From Sodaliphilus sp. (GTDB lineage: Bacteria > Bacillota_I > Bacilli_A > RFN20 > CAG-826), in assembly GCA_963643355.1 (NCBI GenBank), contig CAVIJE010000002.1, positions 40,142 to 104,141 on the forward strand: DNA of 64,000 nucleotides, written 5' to 3'. Numbering within the stretch: position 1 is the stretch's first letter; every line of letters begins with the position of its first letter. A program made the translations under genes and the position numbers. The notes under the pieces were generated by a model that searched no databases, had not been told where the DNA came from, and was given only the letters and a program-made list of their open reading frames with translations. This document shows positions 28,601-36,355 of the stretch, in pieces.

Positions 28601-28632
28601 AAAAAAGCGTCCCATAAAGGAACGCTATTTTT
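28601..28632 (-). terminator. Probable bidirectional terminator after yneF-like gene
   Basis: AGCGT(C)CC / GGAACGCT stem with one bulge, flanked by an A-run and a T-run. Confidence 0.6.
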
Positions 28633-28653
28633 GCAAACAAATGAATTCTTGAA

Positions 28654-28875
28654 TTACAAATTCTTATTCATTGAATTCATGATATTACGTACTTGTGCTT
28701 CAGATGGTTTTCTTCCCATTTGAGCGAACATCGCTCTAATCATCTTTTCGTTGATTGGAGGATTTTTCTTAAGCTGATTTTTGATCAATGCACGTGCGCC
28801 AAAGAAACCAGCTACACCGCCAACGATTATGGCGAGCACAATATATAATACAAATTGCCAAACTTCGATTGTCAT
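28654..28875 (-). CDS. Small membrane protein, UPF0154/YneF-like
   Basis: 73 aa with one N-terminal TM helix and a basic tail containing MIRAMFAQMGRKPSE. Confidence 0.6.
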   Translation of the reverse strand: MTIEVWQFVLYIVLAIIVGGVAGFFGARALIKNQLKKNPPINEKMIRAMFAQMGRKPSEAQVRNIMNSMNKNL

Positions 28876-28880
28876 CGTTA

Positions 28881-29438
28881 TTAGGCTCTCTTGTCGTATT
28901 TTCCAGTTGTCGTATCAACCATGACTTTTTCGCCTTCGTTGATGAAAAGAGGAACTCTGATTGTAAGACCTGTTTCTAATTTTGCGTCTTTGCTTCCGCC
29001 ATTGCTGATTGTATCTCCGCGGACACCTGGTTCGGTTTCAACAACTTCTAATGCTACTTTGGCTGGTAATTCGACACCAAGGATTTCTTCTTCATAAGAA
29101 ACCATGACAACATTGCCATTTGGCGCTAAGAATTGAGCTTCGCGTGTAAGTGTATCCTTTGGAAGTTCAACTTGTTCATAGGTTTCTGGATCCATGAAGA
29201 CTAATGTTGTTCCGCCATCATAAAGATATTGCATTTCTTTTTTAGTGATGCTTACTAATTCAACATCATATCCGCTATTACGAGCAATTTCGGTTATAGC
29301 ACCTGTGCGAACATTCTTGACTTTAACTTTTGCGACCATCTTTCTCATGGCTGTTTTGTTCAATAAGATGTCGATAACTTGAAATAAAGTATTTTCATCT
29401 TCAAAGTAGTTTCCAGGGCGTAATTCTGTAACGTTCAT
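28881..29438 (-). CDS. efp: Elongation factor P
   Basis: 185 aa. N-terminus LRPGNYFEDENTLFQV and three beta-domain layout. SD AAGGAG. Confidence 0.9.
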   Translation of the reverse strand: MNVTELRPGNYFEDENTLFQVIDILLNKTAMRKMVAKVKVKNVRTGAITEIARNSGYDVELVSITKKEMQYLYDGGTTLVFMDPETYEQVELPKDTLTREAQFLAPNGNVVMVSYEEEILGVELPAKVALEVVETEPGVRGDTISNGGSKDAKLETGLTIRVPLFINEGEKVMVDTTTGKYDKRA

Positions 29439-29452
29439 TTTAATTCTCCTTT

Positions 29453-29481
29453 TATATAACCTATAGGATTTTAAACCAATT
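29453..29481 (-). promoter_or_regulatory. efp promoter
   Basis: Minus strand TTGGTT, 17 nt, TATAAA, immediately followed by SD AAGGAG. Confidence 0.55.
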
Positions 29482-29493
29482 TTCTTTAAGTAT

Positions 29494-30129
29494 CTACTTA
29501 AAAAAGACTTTCATGTATTGATTGTATGCAAATTCATTGCCTAAAGTCGTGTTTTCACCGTGTCCTGGGCATACAATGGTGTCTTTTGGGAGCGTTATGA
29601 GCTTTCTCAGCGACGAATTTATGGTTTTACTTGAACCGGTTGGAAGATCGCTTCTGCCAATGCCTAGATGAAAGAGCGTATCGCCACTAAAAAGCACATT
29701 TAATTCCTTGATGTAAAAACAAGTGCTGCCTATTGTATGAAAAGGCGTTTTAATAGCCAATATATCAAGATTATTAATTGAGATGTGTTGCATATCGAAA
29801 AGTGAGACAGTGTCAACGCTTTCAATAATTAATTCATCATTGAAATATGCGGTAAGGTTTAACGATGGGTCCTTTAGGAAATCCATTTCTTCGTATGCCG
29901 CATAAACCGGGGCTTTGTGCATCATATCCTTCAAACCATAAATATGATCATAATGTCCATGGGTTAGCAAAATGGCACTCAAACCAGAGTGATGTTTATC
30001 TAGATATTTGTCTAGACAACCATTCTTGTTTGACCCTGGATCTATAACAATGGCCTCTCCGCCTTCATCTCCAATGATGTAGGTGTTACAACTTTCAGAT
30101 GGCGAGAAATGTAGTTTGCTTATCTTCAT
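29494..30129 (-). CDS. Metallo-beta-lactamase-fold hydrolase (glyoxalase II-like)
   Basis: HxHxDH motif THGHYDH and later conserved His/Asp; 211 aa. Confidence 0.7.
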   Translation of the reverse strand: MKISKLHFSPSESCNTYIIGDEGGEAIVIDPGSNKNGCLDKYLDKHHSGLSAILLTHGHYDHIYGLKDMMHKAPVYAAYEEMDFLKDPSLNLTAYFNDELIIESVDTVSLFDMQHISINNLDILAIKTPFHTIGSTCFYIKELNVLFSGDTLFHLGIGRSDLPTGSSKTINSSLRKLITLPKDTIVCPGHGENTTLGNEFAYNQYMKVFFK

Positions 30130-30134
30130 AATGA

Positions 30135-30161
30135 TAAAAAAATAAGGCCGAAGCCTTATTT
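30135..30161 (-). terminator. Intrinsic terminator after rpmG
   Basis: AATAAGGC-TTCG-GCCTTATT hairpin (minus-strand reading) followed by T-rich sequence. Ends ~9 nt before the ATG of the MBL gene. Confidence 0.75.
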
Positions 30162-30164
30162 TCG

Positions 30165-30329
30165 TTATTTCTTAGTTTCGATGTGAAGGGTTTCTTTCTT
30201 GCAACGTCCGCAGAACTTTTTGATTTCCATCTTGTTTGGGTGGGTCTTTTTGTTCCTTGTGGTAATGTAGTTATGCTCACCGCATTCACTGCAAGCAAGG
30301 ATTACTTGATCACGTTTAGATTTTGCCAT
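30165..30329 (-). CDS. rpmG: 50S ribosomal protein L33 (zinc-ribbon form)
   Basis: Hand translation: MAKSKRDQVILACSECGEHNYITTRNKKTHPNKMEIKKFCGRCKKETLHIETKK. 54 codons, below the track cutoff. The overlapping track ORF 30095..30298 is in another frame. Confidence 0.9.
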   Translation of the reverse strand: MAKSKRDQVILACSECGEHNYITTRNKKTHPNKMEIKKFCGRCKKETLHIETKK

Positions 30330-30424
30330 ATTAATTCACTCTTCTTTCTTTAGCGTTGGTTATATTAACATAGATAAGTAAAAAGTTCTACAAGAAATAA
30401 CTTAAAAAGTTTAAAATTTATCAT

Positions 30425-31477
30425 ATGATTACTAGAGGAAAAACAAAACAAATCAAAATTGGAGACATTTTACTTGGCGGAAATGACCATATTATCATTC
30501 AGTCGATGGCTTCAATAAAAACATCAAAAATTGATGAAGTAAGCGAACAAATCAATAGATGCGCTGATGCTGGAGCTGAGCTTATGCGCTGTTCATGCCT
30601 AGATTTTGACGACGCAAAAGCTTTTAAGGAGATAAAAAAACTAGTTAAAGTTCCTCTTGTGGCTGATATTCATTTTGATTATCGCTTGGCTTTGATGGCA
30701 ATCGAATCTGGAGTTGACGCTATTCGCTTGAATCCCGGAAACATTGGCGATGAGGAACGCGTAAAGGCTGTGGTTGATGCTTGCAAAAAGCATAATGTTC
30801 CGATTCGCATCGGAGTTAATGGCGGTTCTATCGATAAAACAGTTTACTCCGGAAATGAAAAAATACGAGGAGAATTTTTATTTGAATCGGCTAAAAAACA
30901 CGTTTCTTTGCTTGAAAAATTTGATTTTCACAACATTGTAATCTCGCTTAAGGGCAGCGATGCGATTGAAACGATTGACGCCTATCGTTTAGCAGCCAAT
31001 TATTTTCCTTACCCCTTGCATCTTGGAGTCACTGAAGCGGGCCCTATGGAAACATCGCTTATAAGATCAAGCGCCACCCTTTCTCCCCTTCTCCTCGATG
31101 GAATCGGCAATACAATTAGAATCTCCTTAACCGAGGATCCCGTTGAAGAAATCAAAGCAGCTTATAGGCTTTTACACGATTTAGGATTAGAAGAAAAATG
31201 GCCAACATTTATTTCTTGTCCAACTTGTGGCCGAACTCAAGTCAACCTTTTGCCATTAGCAAAAGCCGTTCAAAAATATCTTGAAGATAACAAAATCCAT
31301 AAAACGGTCGCAATAATGGGCTGCATAGTTAATGGTCCAGGGGAAGCTAAGCACGCCGATCTTGGGGCCGCTGGCGGAAATGGAAAATGGGTTATTTTCA
31401 AAAAAGGGCAAATAATAAAAACCGTCGATGACTCTGATGTTTATCCTACCATCATTAACGAAATAAACGGACTTTAA
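30425..31477 (+). CDS. ispG: 4-hydroxy-3-methylbut-2-enyl diphosphate synthase IspG
   Basis: TIM-barrel N-terminal domain; Fe-S ligand motifs SCPTCGRT and MGCIVNGPGE. Confidence 0.9.
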   Translation: MITRGKTKQIKIGDILLGGNDHIIIQSMASIKTSKIDEVSEQINRCADAGAELMRCSCLDFDDAKAFKEIKKLVKVPLVADIHFDYRLALMAIESGVDAIRLNPGNIGDEERVKAVVDACKKHNVPIRIGVNGGSIDKTVYSGNEKIRGEFLFESAKKHVSLLEKFDFHNIVISLKGSDAIETIDAYRLAANYFPYPLHLGVTEAGPMETSLIRSSATLSPLLLDGIGNTIRISLTEDPVEEIKAAYRLLHDLGLEEKWPTFISCPTCGRTQVNLLPLAKAVQKYLEDNKIHKTVAIMGCIVNGPGEAKHADLGAAGGNGKWVIFKKGQIIKTVDDSDVYPTIINEINGL

Positions 31478-31498
31478 GCCTTAAAGTCCGTTTTTTTT
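31467..31498. terminator. Bidirectional terminator shared by convergent ispG and DEAD-box helicase genes
   Basis: 11-bp perfect stem ACGGACTTTAA / TTAAAGTCCGT with both stop codons inside it, then T8 on the plus strand. Confidence 0.75.
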
Positions 31499-32847
31499 GA
31501 ATCGTTTTTGTATTTTTTGTTCAATTCTTTCCTGATTGATTTTTGAATCGCTTTTTTACGATATTTTTTCTTGACTTTCTCAATCGCGAATTGCTTCTTC
31601 TTTTTGTACATAGGTTCAACGTGCTTTGGCCTTGCTAAGGCTTTAGCGATTTGAATCTCTTTTTTCTCTTCTTCAGGAAGTTCTTTCTTCTTCTTTAATT
31701 TTGTTTTCGGCAACAACCCGACCGGATCCGCTTTCAATTCGTTATTTCTTAAAGAATAAAAATCGAATTGAACCCCTTCATCCATGATGCGTCTGGCTTC
31801 TTTTACAGAATCGGAATTATAGAATATCCATGAATCGCCGCTTTTTCCGAATCTACCGCTTCTTCCTGCTCTATGATGGTAGAAATCAATGTTTGAAGGC
31901 AAATCAACTGAAATTACATCTGTTACGTCCGGTATATCTATTCCTCTCGAAAGCAAATCGCTTGCAACTATGACAGAATATTTGTTGGAACGTATTTCTC
32001 TAATTGCCTTCTTTCTTGAACGATCATCAAGCGAGCCGCTAAAATAAACCGAATCAATCCCGAATGACTTTAGACCTTTGGAAACTTCGTTTACCTTTTG
32101 AACTGTCGAAGCGAAAACTATGCATAGATAAGGTTTACGGATGTTCAAAAAAGAATATACGGCATTGACGACTCCTTGGTGTTTGATGTCTACCAAATGA
32201 TGCCTAACTGATGCGGCAGTTTCTGTTTTTTCACTCTCATACTCAAAGTCAGATCGAACAAATTTTGACAACTCATCGCGAAGATTTTGCTTTAGCGTAG
32301 CTGAAAAAACCATTATTTGTGGATCTTTTAGAATGGCGAAAATATCTTCAATATCTGCGAAAAAACCCATATCTAAAAGCATGTCAGCTTCATCTAATAC
32401 AACGGTTCTAACGTTTTGAAGAGTTGTTATGTGTTTAGTAACAAGCAAGTCTTTAAGCCTTCCTGGCGTACCGATGATGATTTGTGGAGGGATATTTGAT
32501 CCTTCTTCGTTTTGCGTAACATCCATTTCAGATGAATATAATCTAATTCTGAGATTTTGATAAAAACGTTGAAATTGTCTTGCAAAATCATATGTTTGTC
32601 TCGCTAATTCTCTAGTCGGAACGACAATGATTGATTGAACGCGATTCAAAGTCATATCCGTTTTTTCGATGATAGGAATTAGATAGGCATGCGTTTTCCC
32701 TGAGCCAGTTTCGCTTTGTGCAAGCAAAGAAATTCCGCGTAAAGCCTTAGGGATAACGGTGTTTTGAACATTTGATGGGTCTTTATAGCCAAGCGATTCC
32801 AAGGCCGAGACCATTTTTTTCGATAAAGAAAAGCCATTAAAACTCAT
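31474..32847 (-). CDS. DEAD-box ATP-dependent RNA helicase with Lys-rich tail
   Basis: Motifs AQSETGSGKT, DEAD, SAT and HRAGRSGR. C-terminal K-rich extension as in CshA/CshB-type helicases. Confidence 0.85.
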   Translation of the reverse strand: MSFNGFSLSKKMVSALESLGYKDPSNVQNTVIPKALRGISLLAQSETGSGKTHAYLIPIIEKTDMTLNRVQSIIVVPTRELARQTYDFARQFQRFYQNLRIRLYSSEMDVTQNEEGSNIPPQIIIGTPGRLKDLLVTKHITTLQNVRTVVLDEADMLLDMGFFADIEDIFAILKDPQIMVFSATLKQNLRDELSKFVRSDFEYESEKTETAASVRHHLVDIKHQGVVNAVYSFLNIRKPYLCIVFASTVQKVNEVSKGLKSFGIDSVYFSGSLDDRSRKKAIREIRSNKYSVIVASDLLSRGIDIPDVTDVISVDLPSNIDFYHHRAGRSGRFGKSGDSWIFYNSDSVKEARRIMDEGVQFDFYSLRNNELKADPVGLLPKTKLKKKKELPEEEKKEIQIAKALARPKHVEPMYKKKKQFAIEKVKKKYRKKAIQKSIRKELNKKYKNDSKKTDFKA

Positions 32848-32855
32848 ACGTATTT

Positions 32856-32883
32856 ATTATAAATAATTTTTTGGTAAAAACAA
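32856..32883 (-). promoter_or_regulatory. DEAD-box helicase promoter; ATG 8 nt after the -10
   Basis: Minus strand TTGTTT (32883..32878), 16 nt, TATAAT (32861..32856), ATG at 32847. No SD. Confidence 0.55.
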
Positions 32884-32898
32884 AGAACGGCGTATAAT
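32871..32898 (+). promoter_or_regulatory. ispH promoter; ATG 10 nt after the -10
   Basis: TTGGTA (32871..32876), 16 nt, TATAAT (32893..32898), ATG at 32909. No SD. Confidence 0.6.
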
Positions 32899-32908
32899 TC
32901 TATATTGT

Positions 32909-33790
32909 ATGGATGTTAAAATTGTCGAACCATCAGGGTTTTGCTTTGGCGTTAAAAAGGCCATTGAGATAGCAAAGAAGGCCAAAAGTGAAAATAAAGG
33001 CCGCCAAATCTACATAATCGGATCGCTCGTTCACAATGAGGATGTGATTAAAGAACTAGAAAATGACGGTTTTTTAATTTTGGACGAAAGAAAAAAGTCG
33101 TTAGAAGAATATTTGCATGAGCTAAACGAAGGCTCAGTAATTGTTTTTTCGGCACATGGACATTCCCCAGTTTTAGATCAAATTGCCTCGAAAAAACGCA
33201 TGAAAATATATGATGCTACGTGTATTTTTGTAAAAAATAACGAGCAAAAAGCGTCTAAAGAAATTAATGACGATAACGAAGTGATATTTATCGGCATCCC
33301 AAATCATGCTGAAACGAATGGAATTATGGGAATTAGTAAGGAAAAAGTCCACCTTTATCAACCGGGTGCTATTTTTAATTACGCAAAATTGAAATCCAAG
33401 AAGCCTTTGGTAATTTCGCAAACAACAATGTCAGAAGATGAAATTTTATCGTCAATTAAAGACATTAAAAATCACTTACCTGAGGCCATAATATCAGCAA
33501 GGCAATGTTTCGAAACAGAAAGAAGACAAAGCGAAGCGATCAAAGAAGGAAATAATCACGACTGTTTTATTGTTATCGGAGGTAAAAATAGCAATAATAC
33601 AAAAAGACTTTTTCTAATCCTCAAAAACGCTTATCCAAACAAAGAATCTCTTTTTGTATTAAACGAAATAGAATTGAAGAATCATATTCCAATGTTGAAA
33701 AAATATAATAAAATCATGCTTGTGTCCGGTGCTTCTACATCTGATTCGACAATTTCTTCATGCTATAAATTGCTTAATGAAGAAATTTAG
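32909..33790 (+). CDS. ispH: 4-hydroxy-3-methylbut-2-enyl diphosphate reductase IspH
   Basis: N-terminus GFCFGVKKAI, HG-containing and SQTT motifs typical of LytB; 293 aa. Confidence 0.9.
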   Translation: MDVKIVEPSGFCFGVKKAIEIAKKAKSENKGRQIYIIGSLVHNEDVIKELENDGFLILDERKKSLEEYLHELNEGSVIVFSAHGHSPVLDQIASKKRMKIYDATCIFVKNNEQKASKEINDDNEVIFIGIPNHAETNGIMGISKEKVHLYQPGAIFNYAKLKSKKPLVISQTTMSEDEILSSIKDIKNHLPEAIISARQCFETERRQSEAIKEGNNHDCFIVIGGKNSNNTKRLFLILKNAYPNKESLFVLNEIELKNHIPMLKKYNKIMLVSGASTSDSTISSCYKLLNEEI

Positions 33791-33816
33791 CATTTATCGG
33801 ATAAAAGTAAATATTA

Positions 33817-33845
33817 ATAGTAATATTTTAGTAATTATATAGTGT
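33817..33845 (+). repeat. Phased repeats ATAGTAA / TTAGTAA / ATAGTGT between ispH and trmK
   Basis: Copies start at 33817, 33828 and 33839. Confidence 0.6.
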
Positions 33846-33846
33846 T

Positions 33847-34527
33847 TTATTGGAGAATTTTATTTATTGAAAGAAGACTTTTTAAATATTCATCTTTTTT
33901 CTCGTTTGGCAACTTGTTGTTTTTCAGAATATGTTCAATTCTAGTTTTCTCCGAAAACCAATATTTTTTCCACGCATCATTTTTAGAAATGAGATTTAAA
34001 GGCCCGTATCGCAATTCATCTTCAGAGTACTTACAGGGCGCGTTCCCCTTCTTCCATTTCATAATATCGTAAGCTATATTCGACTCATACAAAAAGCAAT
34101 TTTCAATCAATCGATAACCTATACTTTCTAGATATTTAGTCACAAATTCTCTATCATTATGAGCGTCAACGATAATGGTTTGTACCCTATCTAATTTATT
34201 TAAATTTTCATTCAATATCGAAACAATGAGTTTTCCGCCCATGCCAGCTAAAATAACTGTATCGACTTTTTCGTCGAGTTCATTTAAACCACTAGATAAA
34301 GAGGGCTTTATTCTATTTTCGCATCCATTTTCCTTTATGGCTTTTACCGTTCTAGAATATGGCCCTTTTTTATTTTCTATCGCTTGAGCCGATTTAATCT
34401 TGTTTTGTTTGCAGCATTCTATGGGTACAAAGCAATGATCGCTTCCTATATCCGCTATGTTTGTGCCATTATCAATCATTTTTACGATTGTTTCTAATCT
34501 TTTATCCTTGCTTTCGTTATTTGCCAT
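33847..34527 (-). CDS. trmK: tRNA (adenine22-N1)-methyltransferase TrmK-like
   Basis: SAM-MTase motifs ADIGSDHCFVP and LAGMGG. Downstream of dnaG, as yqfN is in B. subtilis. Confidence 0.75.
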   Translation of the reverse strand: MANNESKDKRLETIVKMIDNGTNIADIGSDHCFVPIECCKQNKIKSAQAIENKKGPYSRTVKAIKENGCENRIKPSLSSGLNELDEKVDTVILAGMGGKLIVSILNENLNKLDRVQTIIVDAHNDREFVTKYLESIGYRLIENCFLYESNIAYDIMKWKKGNAPCKYSEDELRYGPLNLISKNDAWKKYWFSEKTRIEHILKNNKLPNEKKDEYLKSLLSINKILQ

Positions 34528-34528
34528 T

Positions 34529-36340
34529 TTATTTCTTTATTCTTTCTTTTATGGCGTTTGCATATTGCTTCAACAGCACGCCTTTTTCGGATTCTGGAGT
34601 TTCTTTTAATTTGTCATCAAAAGATTGTTTTTTGTTGATTTTTCCTTTTTCCTGATAAATCACCTTAGCACAATCAGCAATGTTTTTTTCAGTATATGGT
34701 TCGTAAGCCACCTCTTCATCCGTTAAATTTGCGATTATTTTATTTAATGTATTTTTGATTTCTTCGGTTTCGTCTGATTGGTCGATTTCATTATAGAGAA
34801 TAGCCACATTAACTTTTTCATTCGTTCTATCAACATAATCGACGATTAAATCGGCTATTTTTTCGTAATTCGTTATGTAAAAATTAAAAATATTCTTATT
34901 GAAATATTCGACAGCATCAGTGTTTTGAAGCATATAATATAAAGTTTTTTTCTCTGCTGCTTCCAATCTTTTCAATTGACGCTGGGCTATTGTCGAATCG
35001 CTTAGTTTTATATCATTTGAATATGTTATTTCCTCTAAAGAATCATCATTTTCAGAAATCTTCTTTATTTGATCCCTTATAATGGATGGTTCATATCCGG
35101 TTACCTTAGACAATTTAGCGATGTTATTTTCTCTATCTAAATCATTTTTAATAGACTCAAGGAACGGCAAACAATACTTTAATACTTGAATTTTATCCTC
35201 TTTTTTTGATAATTTTTGGACATTCTCATAATAATTTAATTGAAATTCAAAAGGATCAACTAAATTATTCATGCTTTCTTTTAAAGCCTCTTCCCCGGAC
35301 TCTTGCAAAATTTCATCAGGATCGCGTAAATCCTTAGGGTTACACACTAATCTAAATGGAATATTCGCTTTATTTAACTGCAAAATGATCTTCATCATTC
35401 CTTTTTGGCCCGGATTATCGCCATCTAAGCAAAGCCTAATTTCGCAATTTAGTCGTCTTAAAAGTTCGATTTGTTCTAGGCTTAACGATGTCCCCATTAA
35501 GGCTACAGCGCTTTGTATTCCCGCTTTGTCTAATGCCAAAACGTCCATAAACCCTTCTAAAACGTATATATATCCATCTCTTCTAGCGGTGTTTTTGGCG
35601 TTATCGTAATTATATAAAATAAGACTTTTTTTGAAAATTTTTGTATCAGGGGAATTTACGTATTTTGGCGATTCTGTGTCTCTTGAATCAATTTTTCGTG
35701 CACTAAAGCCTACGACTTGACCGTTTTTATCTTTCAAAGGAAAAATTAAACGTCCAGCGTTAGCGTCGGAATTAGAATTTGCGCTAACTATGCCAATATC
35801 TTTTATTTTATCTAGAGTATGGCCTTTTTTCTGCAAATATTCAATGGTTTTAGCGCCGTCATCAAAAGCGTAGCCAATCCCATATTTTTTTATTTGATTT
35901 TTATCAATATTCCTTTTTTGCAAGTATTCTTGGGCATTTTTTCCATCTGAAGTGTTTAAACAATATTGATACAAAGATTGCAAATCATTTATCGTATCAA
36001 ACAAAGGTTGCTTTACCACATCAATCTTGATCTCATCTTTTTCTTTTTCTAATCTTTCATCATTGAAGCCAACAATTTCCGCCACTCTTCTGACGGCTTC
36101 TTGGTAGGAGATACCTAAATATTTTTGAACAAAACCAATGGCATTTCCACCGGTATTACAAACGAAACATTTAAAAATTTGTCTTTCTTTAGAAATGCTT
36201 AAAGATGGATCTTTGTCATCATGAAAAGGACAGAGAGCAACATACCCTCTTCCTTTTTTCATGACGGGAATAAATGAGGAAATGACCGTCACGATGTCCG
36301 CTTCTTTTAAAAGGCTTTCGATTAGGTCTTTTGAATACAT
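34529..36340 (-). CDS. dnaG: DNA primase
   Basis: Zinc finger CPFHDDKDPSLS...CFVC, Toprim EGFMDV; 603 aa. Confidence 0.9.
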   Translation of the reverse strand: MYSKDLIESLLKEADIVTVISSFIPVMKKGRGYVALCPFHDDKDPSLSISKERQIFKCFVCNTGGNAIGFVQKYLGISYQEAVRRVAEIVGFNDERLEKEKDEIKIDVVKQPLFDTINDLQSLYQYCLNTSDGKNAQEYLQKRNIDKNQIKKYGIGYAFDDGAKTIEYLQKKGHTLDKIKDIGIVSANSNSDANAGRLIFPLKDKNGQVVGFSARKIDSRDTESPKYVNSPDTKIFKKSLILYNYDNAKNTARRDGYIYVLEGFMDVLALDKAGIQSAVALMGTSLSLEQIELLRRLNCEIRLCLDGDNPGQKGMMKIILQLNKANIPFRLVCNPKDLRDPDEILQESGEEALKESMNNLVDPFEFQLNYYENVQKLSKKEDKIQVLKYCLPFLESIKNDLDRENNIAKLSKVTGYEPSIIRDQIKKISENDDSLEEITYSNDIKLSDSTIAQRQLKRLEAAEKKTLYYMLQNTDAVEYFNKNIFNFYITNYEKIADLIVDYVDRTNEKVNVAILYNEIDQSDETEEIKNTLNKIIANLTDEEVAYEPYTEKNIADCAKVIYQEKGKINKKQSFDDKLKETPESEKGVLLKQYANAIKERIKK

Positions 36341-36355
36341 CTTAAATTCCTTTTA

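Noticed and set aside
28268-28653. Tiny ORFs in the second gap, e.g. minus-strand MFKSKKLAFEKI (12 aa) behind an AGGAG, and MKKGVDV (7 aa).
   Set aside because: They are too short, the SD spacing is only 3 nt for the first, and neither has distinguishing features. Treated as chance.
30095-30298. Track ORF of 67 aa on the minus strand.
   Set aside because: It is out of frame with, and overlaps, the clearly recognisable L33 gene (30165..30329), and its translation has no recognisable features.
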